Assembly: GCA_018674305.1 (NCBI GenBank)
Contig: JABHAL010000004.1
Location: forward strand, 64,446 to 128,445
Length of the DNA: 64,000 bases
Source: Candidatus Falkowbacteria bacterium
GTDB lineage: Bacteria > Patescibacteriota > Patescibacteriia > UBA11705 > JABHMO01
Direction: 5' to 3'
The notes under the pieces were generated by a model. That model saw nothing but the letters and a program-made list of their open reading frames with translations, was not told the origin of the DNA and ran no database searches. Of this stretch, positions 28,910 to 37,537 are shown piece by piece. Every line of letters starts with the position of its first letter. The first letter of the stretch is position 1. A program made the translations under genes and the position numbers.

Positions 28910-29638
28910 ATGACTAAAAAACTAGCGTTAAAAATTTTAGAAAAAATTAAACAACACTACATAAAACCTAAACCTAAGTGGCATTTTTGGATTAAGGAAA
29001 TCATACTTTGGTTTTTGTTTGGAGTTTCAATTGTAATTGGCAGCCTAGCTTTCACTTTGATCATTCATCTACTCAAGAATGACATTTTACCAATGAGAAA
29101 ATTCTTGCACGCAAACGAATATTTTTTATATTTCCCCTTTTTCTGGTTATTGATACTGGTTGTTTTCATAGCTTTGGCTTATTATCATTGGCAAAAAACT
29201 GAAAAAGGTTACAAATACAAACCTTTAATAATTCTTGGAGTCAGCATACTTACAAGTTTACTAATCAGTTGCATCTTGCTCAACCTTAACCTAGGTCGGC
29301 CACTAACTAAACAAGCAAATCAACTCCCCGGGTATAGTAAACTGGGAAAAATGCGTGGCCAACATTGGTTAAAACAAAACCCCAACCGTTTAGCTGGTCA
29401 AGTTTTAAGTGAAATTGAAAATAATCAATTTCTATTGCTTGATGCCAGTGAAATTGAATGGACAATTTTAACTGATGAAAACACCTACCCTGAAGATTTG
29501 AGTTTTATTTTGCCAAATGAAAAACTTCGCCTATTCGGAGAAAAAGAAACTGATGACACCTTCCAGGCAATCAAAATATTACCTTGGGACTTTCCTATTA
29601 ATAAAAAACTTAATGCTGGCCTTAAAAAAATGAAATAA
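28910..29638 (+). CDS. Membrane protein immediately downstream of the ECF sigma gene (candidate anti-sigma factor)
   Basis: The ATG lies 5 nt after the sigma stop. Multiple transmembrane helices. The position matches the usual sigma/anti-sigma gene pair. Confidence 0.4.
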   Translation: MTKKLALKILEKIKQHYIKPKPKWHFWIKEIILWFLFGVSIVIGSLAFTLIIHLLKNDILPMRKFLHANEYFLYFPFFWLLILVVFIALAYYHWQKTEKGYKYKPLIILGVSILTSLLISCILLNLNLGRPLTKQANQLPGYSKLGKMRGQHWLKQNPNRLAGQVLSEIENNQFLLLDASEIEWTILTDENTYPEDLSFILPNEKLRLFGEKETDDTFQAIKILPWDFPINKKLNAGLKKMK

Positions 29639-29707
29639 AACGCTCACCGTTTGCGTATTAGTTAACAGAAAGGCCTTTTACTTAACAATTAAATTATTAA
29701 TCAATCT

Positions 29708-30121
29708 ATGAACAAAAAATACTACATTGCAATTGCAGTTCTTGCCTTGATGATAACTACTGTTGGTGTTTCAGCTTTTGCTTCAGCTGGTGAATTAAAG
29801 TCTAGAGGTAACAAGCAAATGTCTCCTGAGATGAAAGAAAACAGGCAAGAAATGAAAACTATTTTCGAAAATAAAGACTATGCTGGCTGGGAAGCTTTAA
29901 TGCAAGAAAAGGCTACCAGAATGCAGGAAAATCTGGAGACCTTCAAGGCTACCATCACTGAAGATCACTTTAATTCAATGGCTAGACTTCATGAACTAAA
30001 GGCTAGTGGTGACATGGAAGCTGCCAAAGCTTTAGCCGAAGAGCTAGGTTTGATGAAATTCAAACACAAAAAAGGTAAATTCTGCAAGGGTGGTCATAAC
30101 TCAGCTTTGTCAGAACAATAA
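29708..30121 (+). CDS. Secreted helical 137-aa protein (Spy/CpxP-like in composition)
   Basis: Signal peptide MNKKYYIAIAVLALMITTVGVSAFASA. Charged helical repeats. Terminators lie at 30133-30165 and 30174-30208. Confidence 0.45.
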   Translation: MNKKYYIAIAVLALMITTVGVSAFASAGELKSRGNKQMSPEMKENRQEMKTIFENKDYAGWEALMQEKATRMQENLETFKATITEDHFNSMARLHELKASGDMEAAKALAEELGLMKFKHKKGKFCKGGHNSALSEQ

Positions 30122-30218
30122 AAACACTTATTAAAAAAGATTCAACTTACGTTGAATCTTTTTTATATGAAAGCTAAAGGCCCCAGTTTAAAACTGTGGG
30201 CCTTTTTAGTAGAATTAT

Positions 30219-30863
30219 TTATTCTTCTCGTTCTGACAAAAGCTGTCGGATTGCTGCAACTAGTAGAGTAATACCGCCATCATTTTTTCCGCCACGTGGG
30301 ATGATTAAATGAGCATGCATTTTCGTTGGCTCAAAATGAGCAAGATACATATCGCGTACAACTTCCCATTGTTCAATTACCGAATCATGTGTTCGACCTC
30401 TCCCTCCTTCAGTTTCAGGAGCAGTATCCCTTCTCAGGCGACGGCTTAAACATGTATCCATTGGCGCATCTACAAAAATAGAATAGTCAGCCATCTCTCG
30501 AAACTTTTTACCCCAGAGAACCATGATCCCTTCTACAATAATAATTTTCTTTGGTGAAACAGGTGTAGCCTTTCCAGGTATTCTGGTGTGAGTGACGAAA
30601 TCATAGAATGGCAATTTTGTCTTGTTGCCTTCTTGTAAATTCCGAACAACATAATAAAGCTCTTCCCAATCAATTGCGTCCGGATGATCAAAATTGATTT
30701 CAACACGTTTGGCCACCGGGATTGATGACTGGTTTAGATAAAACATATCAAGAGGAACAAGTGTGCAAATGTCCTCACCCAACTGCGCCATCATTTCTCG
30801 TACAACTGTTGATTTTCCTGAACCGCTTGAGCCGGCAACCAGAATCAATAGGGTTTGTTTCAT
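30219..30863 (-). CDS. udk: Uridine kinase (uridine/cytidine kinase family)
   Basis: P-loop LILVAGSSGSGKSTV. Conserved LVPLDMFYL and IIVEGIMVL blocks. Confidence 0.8.
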   Translation of the reverse strand: MKQTLLILVAGSSGSGKSTVVREMMAQLGEDICTLVPLDMFYLNQSSIPVAKRVEINFDHPDAIDWEELYYVVRNLQEGNKTKLPFYDFVTHTRIPGKATPVSPKKIIIVEGIMVLWGKKFREMADYSIFVDAPMDTCLSRRLRRDTAPETEGGRGRTHDSVIEQWEVVRDMYLAHFEPTKMHAHLIIPRGGKNDGGITLLVAAIRQLLSEREE

Positions 30864-31198
30864 TGTTAATAACCTCCGTATATGGTTAGTATTATAGTGT
30901 GAATGAACTATTGATGTTATATTATACCTATTTTCTAAAATCAGTCAAGCTGGAGAATAAGTCTACATTGATTTATTTAACAAAAAACATCTTGTAAAGA
31001 TGTGCTTATGTGTAATATTTCTTCTGCTAATGTTTTATGAAGCTCCTTAGTAATGGGCATTTGAACTTGTTTTTTCGTGTAAAATGATATATTATATTTT
31101 TGTTTATAAAGGACTTGATTAAATCATTTTTATTTGCTACAATAATGACACGATTTAACGATAATTTAGTTCTATAATTGAACATATATCATTTTTAT

Positions 31199-31275
31199 GG
31201 GTGGCTAGCTCAGTTGGTTAGAGCACTTCGTTTACACCGAAGGGGTCAGAGGTTCGAATCCTCTGCCACCCACCA
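31199..31275 (+). tRNA. tRNA-Val (TAC)
   Basis: GGGTGGCTAGCTCAGTTGGTTAGAGC...anticodon loop tTTACAc...GGTTCGAATCC...GCCACCCACCA. Confidence 0.85.
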
Positions 31276-31399
31276 TGAAGTATTTGACTGTTGGTCAAAA
31301 CTTAATGGTAAACCATAACGAATAGTTGTGATTTGCCATGAGGCTTACATCTTCGTAGACAAGGGGCTCGCCCTGAAGTCATGCGAAGCATGTACTTCA

Positions 31400-31476
31400 G
31401 GGCGCGTAGCTCAGTTGGTTAGAGCGCTACACTGATAATGTAGAGGTCGGAGGTTCAATTCCTCCCGCGCCCACCA
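31400..31476 (+). tRNA. tRNA-Ile (GAT)
   Basis: GGGCGCGTAGCTCAGTTGGTTAGAGC...anticodon loop cTGATAa...GGTTCAATTCC...GCGCCCACCA. Confidence 0.85.
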
Positions 31477-31531
31477 TGTAGTACATGCTGTGCATGACTA
31501 CATGGTGAACCATTCTTTTTAATATACTTTT

Positions 31532-31606
31532 GCCGAGGTAGCTCAGGGGTAGAGCAGTGGACTGAAAATCCTCGTGTCGGCGGTTCAAATCCGCCCCTCG
31601 GCACCA
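31532..31606 (+). tRNA. tRNA-Phe (GAA)
   Basis: GCCGAGGTAGCTCAGGGGTAGAGC...anticodon loop cTGAAAa...GGTTCAAATCC...CCTCGGCACCA. Confidence 0.8.
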
Positions 31607-31665
31607 CGTAGTACATGCTTCGCATGACTACATGGTAAACCATTATTTCTATAACTCATTTTCGT

Positions 31666-31742
31666 CGGGGCGTGGCGCAGTTGGCTAGCGTGCGTGCTTT
31701 GGGAGCATGAGGTCGAGGGTTCGAGTCCCTCCGCCCCGACCA
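31666..31742 (+). tRNA. tRNA-Pro (TGG)
   Basis: CGGGGCGTGGCGCAGTTGGCTAGCGC...anticodon loop tTTGGGa...GGTTCGAGTCC...CGCCCCGACCA. Confidence 0.8.
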
Positions 31743-31796
31743 CTTCTTAATAAGTATTGTGAATTAGATATTATTTATTTGGTATTATTTTTATTA

Positions 31797-31873
31797 GGGT
31801 CCTTAGCTCAGTCGGTTAGAGCGCCAGCCTTTTAAGCTGGGCGTCCTGGGTTCGATTCCCAGAGGACCCACCA
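31797..31873 (+). tRNA. tRNA-Lys (TTT)
   Basis: GGGTCCTTAGCTCAGTCGGTTAGAGC...anticodon loop cTTTTAa...GGTTCGATTCC...GGACCCACCA. Confidence 0.85.
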
Positions 31874-32029
31874 GAGAAAAGTAATTTAATATTTAAATTA
31901 CTTTTCTCTGAAAGTACCAAACTCTAAATAACAATTATCAAACAAATATAAAATGCTAATATCAAATTTAGTAATTTGAAAATTTGAATTTGATTAGGAT
32001 TTGTCTATTGATTATTGGTAATTAATTCC

Positions 32030-32104
32030 GCGGGTATCGTATAATGGCTATTATCTCTGCCTTCCAAGCAGATGATGCGGGTTCGATTCCCGCTACCCGC
32101 TCCA
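32030..32104 (+). tRNA. tRNA-Gly (TCC)
   Basis: GCGGGTATCGTATAATGGCTATTA...anticodon loop cTTCCAa...GGTTCGATTCC...TACCCGCTCCA. A terminator follows at 32107-32140. Confidence 0.85.
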
Positions 32105-32267
32105 ATCAAAAAAGCATTGCCTTATGGTAATGCTTTTTTGATCCTTGGAATGTGTACGGGAATCGAACGAACAATAGCACTAAAAGAATATTCCCGCTTG
32201 CCTTGCCAAAACTTTAGTGAAGGCGGGCTACCCGCTTCATAAACCACCTATCTTTTTATTGTAATAT

Positions 32268-33206
32268 TTACTGCTTTAAGATCCTCACAAAATCATCGAT
32301 AAATTCCTGGCGGTCAAGAAAAGTCGCAACCTTAATATTGGGCTTTTGTTCACCCCAGCTCCTTCGATCTGCCGCGGTCATACCCAAAGTTACTTCACCC
32401 TTGGTTTCAACGCGCACATCCATGAGTTGTAGTTTAAAAGCTTCTGGTTTTATCAAATAGTAGGCAGCCAGTGCGTCATAAACCAATGCGCCCTTTGTAT
32501 TCTTTTCGAATTCAGCAATTCCTTTTATGAAATGCTTCATCATTGACATGATTGGCTCATACAATTTTATTCCTTCAAGTCTTTCAAAATCCGACAGAGT
32601 CATAAATACTTCATTACAAATATCTAAAGGAAGAAGAACTTTTGGAGTACTACAATCAAAAACTATTTTGGCAGCATCTGGATCAACAAAAACATTAAAT
32701 TCTGCAACCCTATTTTTATTACCAGGAACTTCAATTGCTCCACCCATTATCACGATCTGCTTTATCAACTCTGGCAATTGTGGTTCACGAAGAATTGCCT
32801 GCGCCAGATTTGTTTCTGGACCAATGGTTAAGATAGAGACTTGCCCCGGATTGGCTTTAACAATTTCAATTATTTTGTCTACAGCCAAATTATTCAACTT
32901 TTCCTCTTTAATAACATTCGCCCCAGCAAGACCACTCTCACCATGCACCTGTGCCTTTATTAATTCTCGTTTTAATGGTTTTTCAGCACCAGAATAAATT
33001 GGGACATCCGATTCTAGTAAATCGAGAATGTAACGCGCATTGTTTGTCGTCTTCTGAATATCAGTATTACCAGCGACAGTTGTTAATGCTTTAATATCAA
33101 ACAATTTTGATTTCTCAATTAACATAATCGCCATAGCATCATCATGACCTGGATCAGTGTCAATTATTAATAATGGTTTTGAATCATTTTCTAGTTGTTT
33201 GATCAT
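32268..33206 (-). CDS. Inosine-uridine preferring nucleoside hydrolase (IU-NH family)
   Basis: N-terminal LIIDTDPGHDDAMAIML aspartate cluster signature of nucleoside hydrolases. Confidence 0.85.
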   Translation of the reverse strand: MIKQLENDSKPLLIIDTDPGHDDAMAIMLIEKSKLFDIKALTTVAGNTDIQKTTNNARYILDLLESDVPIYSGAEKPLKRELIKAQVHGESGLAGANVIKEEKLNNLAVDKIIEIVKANPGQVSILTIGPETNLAQAILREPQLPELIKQIVIMGGAIEVPGNKNRVAEFNVFVDPDAAKIVFDCSTPKVLLPLDICNEVFMTLSDFERLEGIKLYEPIMSMMKHFIKGIAEFEKNTKGALVYDALAAYYLIKPEAFKLQLMDVRVETKGEVTLGMTAADRRSWGEQKPNIKVATFLDRQEFIDDFVRILKQ

Positions 33207-33856
33207 ATAATTTTTGATAATTCTTCTATATTTTTTAATGTAATATACTTATTATTATGATTGTTTTCCATGTCAGTAATATGTACAGCTCTCAGCCCGG
33301 TAGCAATTGCTGGTAAAACATCAGAGCCGAGAGAATCTCCAACCATCATTACTTCATGTGGCTCCAATTTGAAGTCCGAACAAACTTTTTTGTAAATATC
33401 ACTCAAGCCCCCTTTGGGCATAGCCTCATTTTTCTCCCAAGCATAAAATAAATCAAACAAATCGCTATTTATCTTGGTTGCAAATAGAATCTTCTCCGCT
33501 AATTTTCTTGGGCCGTCCGTAATTACTCCGACAAGTAACCCTTTTTCCTTAAGTGCCTGTAAAACCTCCATTGTTTTTGGTAATGGTTCTAAGTATTTTT
33601 CAGGCGCCAGATCAATTAATGCATCATACCACTTATCTATTCCAATTCCTTGGGTTAGGAATGCTTTTTCTCCCTGCCCATTATACATTTCTCGATGCTG
33701 ATCCGCAATTTGTTTTCCTTCTGATTGAGACACCTGCAAACATTTTGCTAATGTGTTTTCCAAGATTTTAGAATATTCTTTGTATAATAAATTCGCCTTC
33801 TCTCCATATATTAGAGTCAGATCAACGTCAAATAAGATTAATTTTATGTCTTTCAT
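33203..33856 (-). CDS. HAD-superfamily hydrolase (phosphatase), co-transcribed with the nucleoside hydrolase through a 4-nt overlap
   Basis: Motif I FDVDLTL and motif IV MVGDSLGSDV. Confidence 0.7.
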   Translation of the reverse strand: MKDIKLILFDVDLTLIYGEKANLLYKEYSKILENTLAKCLQVSQSEGKQIADQHREMYNGQGEKAFLTQGIGIDKWYDALIDLAPEKYLEPLPKTMEVLQALKEKGLLVGVITDGPRKLAEKILFATKINSDLFDLFYAWEKNEAMPKGGLSDIYKKVCSDFKLEPHEVMMVGDSLGSDVLPAIATGLRAVHITDMENNHNNKYITLKNIEELSKII

Positions 33857-34037
33857 AAGTTTTATAGTTTAAAAAATCACCTTCAGCTCGAAGGTGATTG
33901 TGTTAATTTAATAATTTATCATTATATAATCAAAAACCTACGAGCCAACTACTAATAATCTCGTGGTGCCAATATGTTTTTGAATTTGTACAATGGTTAT
34001 TCATATCAATTGTATTATAATATATTTCGAGATTTTG

Positions 34038-35801
34038 TCAACCCTGAACCTTATCACTCTCTACCATCCAATCCTCCTCGGCTTTTTTTATTTGAGTCTC
34101 AATTTCTTTTGATCTTTTGGTTAAACCCGGATCAAAACTTTTGGGATCTTCAAGAATTTTTTGAGTTATTAATTCCTGTTCTTTTTTTAGGCTAGCTAAC
34201 TGTTTTTCTAACTTACTTAATTCTCGCTTTATCCTTTTCTTTTCTTCAAGTAAATATTTTCGCTGTTCCTTGTCCTTCGTTGTTTCTGTTGTCGAAGATT
34301 TTTTTTCTTCGCTATTAAGTGATTTATTTTCTAAATGTTCTACATAATCTTCAAAGTCTCCATAAAAATGTTTAATTGTACCATCTTTCACTTCCAAAAT
34401 TCTAGTGGCTAAAATATTAATAAAAGTACGATCATGACTAACAAATAAAATTGTAACATTCGCCTCAGCCAATGATCGCGCCAAGACTTCCGCCGTCTCA
34501 AAGTCCAAATGACTTGTTGGCTCATCTAAAAGTAAAACGTCACAATTGTTCAACAAAATACCAGCAATGCACAACCTCGCCTTTTCACCACCTGACAAAA
34601 CTGAGATTGGCTTTTTCAAGTCATCATCTCTGAAAAGAAAATTACTAGCCATTTTAAAAATGTCTTCTTCCGGACAATTATAGTCAGCTGATTGTCTTAA
34701 ATATTGTTGGACCGTTTCCTCATTTTTAAGTCCTATGGTTAAATGCTGCGCATAATAAGCCACCTTGATATTTTCTGCTTTTTTATATGTCCCACTAATT
34801 GGATTAATTTCTTCAGCCAAAGTTTTTAGAAAAGTACTCTTACCTTGTCCATTATCTCCCAAGATCGCGACATGTGATCCTTTTTCAATATCTATCTCAA
34901 TATCTTCAACAACTTTTTTATCACCATAGCCAATTACCAAGTCCAACAATCGCCAAGCAAAGCCTTTTTGTTGTTTTGTGTTTTGAATTTTAATTCTTAC
35001 ATTGGAAAGTGATTTTTCAATATCAATCGTTTCCATTTTAGCAATTTGTTTAGCTTTTGATTTTGCCTGAGAAGCCTTGGAAGCCTTAGCTCCAAATCGA
35101 TCAACAAATTTTTGCAAATGTTGCTTCTTTTTCTCTTGTTTTTTATTAAAATTCTCTTCAGTTTCAAGTTTTTTCTTTTTATGTTCAAAATAATTCTCTA
35201 ACGTATTAGGAAAGTGAATAGTTTTACCTCTTTCAATTTCCAATATTTCCTGACAAGTATTTCTGATAAATTTACGATCGTGAGAAATTATCAAATAAGA
35301 ACCTCTATAATCGATCAAGAACTTTTCCAGCAAAAGCATTGTACTAAGATCCAAATAATTCGTTGGCTCGTCAAGTAAAATTAGATTTGGTTCCTTTAAT
35401 AACATTGCAGAAAGTTTGACTCTCATTTGATATCCACCGGACAAACTGGTGATCAAAGCATCTAGCTTCTCATTCTTCAATTCAAACTGAGCTGCAATCT
35501 TGGCGCATTCCCATTCTTCTCTGTCACTTTCACGCATCAAATAAGACAAAACAGTGTCGTCTTCCTGAAAATCATCTTCTTGTTTTAAATAACCAAGCTG
35601 TGTTTGACTTCCAATAATAACTTCCCCAGAATCCGCTTGCTCATGACCCGTTATAATATTAAATAAAGTTGATTTCCCAGCACCATTTCTACCAATTACT
35701 GCTATTTTCTTTCTTTCTCCAACACTAAAACTGGCCTCATTCAAGAGAACTTGCCGACTATATGCCTTTGAGACACTACTTACTTGTAATAGATTGGCCA
35801 T
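34038..35801 (-). CDS. ABC-F family ATPase (two ABC domains joined by a charged linker, no transmembrane domain)
   Basis: Walker A GRNGAGKST and GDNGQGKST. LSGG signature appears twice. A KK/EE-rich helical linker separates the domains. Confidence 0.85.
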   Translation of the reverse strand: MANLLQVSSVSKAYSRQVLLNEASFSVGERKKIAVIGRNGAGKSTLFNIITGHEQADSGEVIIGSQTQLGYLKQEDDFQEDDTVLSYLMRESDREEWECAKIAAQFELKNEKLDALITSLSGGYQMRVKLSAMLLKEPNLILLDEPTNYLDLSTMLLLEKFLIDYRGSYLIISHDRKFIRNTCQEILEIERGKTIHFPNTLENYFEHKKKKLETEENFNKKQEKKKQHLQKFVDRFGAKASKASQAKSKAKQIAKMETIDIEKSLSNVRIKIQNTKQQKGFAWRLLDLVIGYGDKKVVEDIEIDIEKGSHVAILGDNGQGKSTFLKTLAEEINPISGTYKKAENIKVAYYAQHLTIGLKNEETVQQYLRQSADYNCPEEDIFKMASNFLFRDDDLKKPISVLSGGEKARLCIAGILLNNCDVLLLDEPTSHLDFETAEVLARSLAEANVTILFVSHDRTFINILATRILEVKDGTIKHFYGDFEDYVEHLENKSLNSEEKKSSTTETTKDKEQRKYLLEEKKRIKRELSKLEKQLASLKKEQELITQKILEDPKSFDPGLTKRSKEIETQIKKAEEDWMVESDKVQG

Positions 35802-35871
35802 ATGGTCATATTATAATGATATTGTAATTTTAGTCAATGTTACATGAACCTAGACATAGTAAAAACTCCCC

Positions 35872-35900
35872 TTGACAGTCTTTCATATTCATAGTATACT
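35872..35900 (+). promoter_or_regulatory. Promoter, TTGACA-N17-TATACT, giving a ~270-nt leader before the DEAD-box helicase gene
   Basis: TTGACA at 35872-35877 and TATACT at 35895-35900. Confidence 0.45.
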
Positions 35901-36173
35901 TAATGTCTTATAAACAATTACTCATTCTTAAATAGTGGGTAATAACTCGAACCACTTTTGTGTCATATGAGAGTGTTGGCGGATAGACGTTTAGGAATAA
36001 TTTTAAAATTTTGAGTATATTGGGCAAAAAATTTTTGAAGCATATCTGTAGATATAGTGAAAAAAGATTTTGTTCAAGATACTAGAATTTAAGAATTATA
36101 ACAAGCGCTATATTCGGTAACACTCACATATCTGTGACCTACTTGGACATCGGGTTACAGTAAGTAAAATAAT

Positions 36174-37463
36174 ATGACACAAAGTGAACCAATCACCTTT
36201 GGTGATGTTGGTGTTTCTATTGATTTATTACAAATCTTAGACGCCAAAAAATTAACTAATCCAACTCCTATTCAAGAAAAATGTATTTCTCTCGGTCTTG
36301 AAGGCAAAGATATTGTCGGAGTTGCACAAACAGGGACAGGAAAAACCTTAGCTTTTGGCTTACCTGCGATACAAAAAATTAGAAAAGGCAATTGCAAATG
36401 TGTAATTATGCTACCAACCAGAGAACTTGCTATACAAGTTGACGAAGTTTTGTCAGATTTAGGAAAGTCTTTTGGTATCAAAACAGCGCTTTTAATAGGT
36501 GGTGTTTCTTCCTATCCTCAAAAAATTGCTTTAAGAAAAAAACCTCAAATTATTATTGCTACTCCGGGCAGATTAATTGACCATATCCAGAGAAAAAACT
36601 GTAATCTATCTGATATTAATTTAGTTGTCCTGGATGAAGCTGACAGAATGCTAGATATTGGATTTATGCCACAAATTAGGGAAATTCTAAAATCAATTCC
36701 TACCAAAAGACAAACAATGTTATTTTCTGCGACAATTCCAATGGAAATTTCCGATCTTTCAGTCCAGTACATGAATAACCCTGTACGGATCGAAGTGTCA
36801 CCTTCTGGGACAAGTGCTAAGAATGTTAAGCAAGAAGCCTACATTGTAAAATCGGAAAATAAACAACCATTGTTAAAAGAGGTTATTAAAGAAACCTCTG
36901 GCAGTGTTCTTGTTTTCACTAGAACTAAACATAAAGCAAAAAAGATTGCCTTAGTTTTAAGAAACGCTGGATTTAATGCAGTTGAGATGCATTCTAATAG
37001 ATCATTAGATCAACGAAGAAAAGCATTAGAAGGATTTAAATCCGGAAAATTCAAGATTCTTGTTGCAACTGATGTTGCTGCTCGAGGTCTTGATGTAGAC
37101 GACATCTCACTTGTTGTTAATTTCGATTTACCAAACAACGCTGAAGATTATGTTCATCGTATTGGAAGAACCGGAAGAGCAGGTAAAAGCGGTAAAGCAC
37201 TTGCATTCATAGAACCAAATGAAAAATTCAAGCTTAATAAAATTGAAAGATTAATAAAAAAGAATATCATAATTATTAAGGGCTCTGAAGAACTAACCGG
37301 GGTTAGTGACCGACCACAAAAACGATACCAAGGTCGAAAAAGGCGCCCTTCAAATCCTCAATGGGGACGAAAAAATAAACCATCACGAAATAGTACAAAA
37401 GATTATGGTCGTAACAGCAAAACAACTGCCAAAAGAAATAAAAAAAGGAATAAACGAAGATAA
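36174..37463 (+). CDS. DEAD-box ATP-dependent RNA helicase with a basic C-terminal tail
   Basis: Q motif TPIQ, AQTGTGKT, PTRELA, DEAD (VLDEADRML), SAT, HRIGRTGRAG. C-terminal RK-rich tail. Confidence 0.9.
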   Translation: MTQSEPITFGDVGVSIDLLQILDAKKLTNPTPIQEKCISLGLEGKDIVGVAQTGTGKTLAFGLPAIQKIRKGNCKCVIMLPTRELAIQVDEVLSDLGKSFGIKTALLIGGVSSYPQKIALRKKPQIIIATPGRLIDHIQRKNCNLSDINLVVLDEADRMLDIGFMPQIREILKSIPTKRQTMLFSATIPMEISDLSVQYMNNPVRIEVSPSGTSAKNVKQEAYIVKSENKQPLLKEVIKETSGSVLVFTRTKHKAKKIALVLRNAGFNAVEMHSNRSLDQRRKALEGFKSGKFKILVATDVAARGLDVDDISLVVNFDLPNNAEDYVHRIGRTGRAGKSGKALAFIEPNEKFKLNKIERLIKKNIIIIKGSEELTGVSDRPQKRYQGRKRRPSNPQWGRKNKPSRNSTKDYGRNSKTTAKRNKKRNKRR

Positions 37464-37537
37464 TCTTTGACTTTGCTATAAAAAAACTGTACTATTAAGC
37501 AAATTATTTAAATTCATTTTAAGAAACTCAATCAAAT

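Noticed and set aside
31455-31643. 62-aa minus-strand ORF spanning tRNA-Ile, a spacer and tRNA-Phe
   Set aside because: Overlaps two well-formed tRNA genes on the opposite strand and the palindromic spacer elements. No ribosome-binding site.
31276-31650. CRISPR array (repeated ~38-nt elements between tRNAs)
   Set aside because: The repeats are palindromic, only three in number and irregularly spaced by tRNA genes. There are no uniform spacers and no cas genes. No CRISPR-like array exists anywhere in the window.
32150-32205. Possible additional tRNA gene on the minus strand (GGTTCGATTCCCG T-arm-like sequence)
   Set aside because: No 7-bp acceptor stem can be paired and the T-stem is interrupted by a ~25-nt insertion. 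Treated as a tRNA-Gly 3'-end-like fragment, not a gene.
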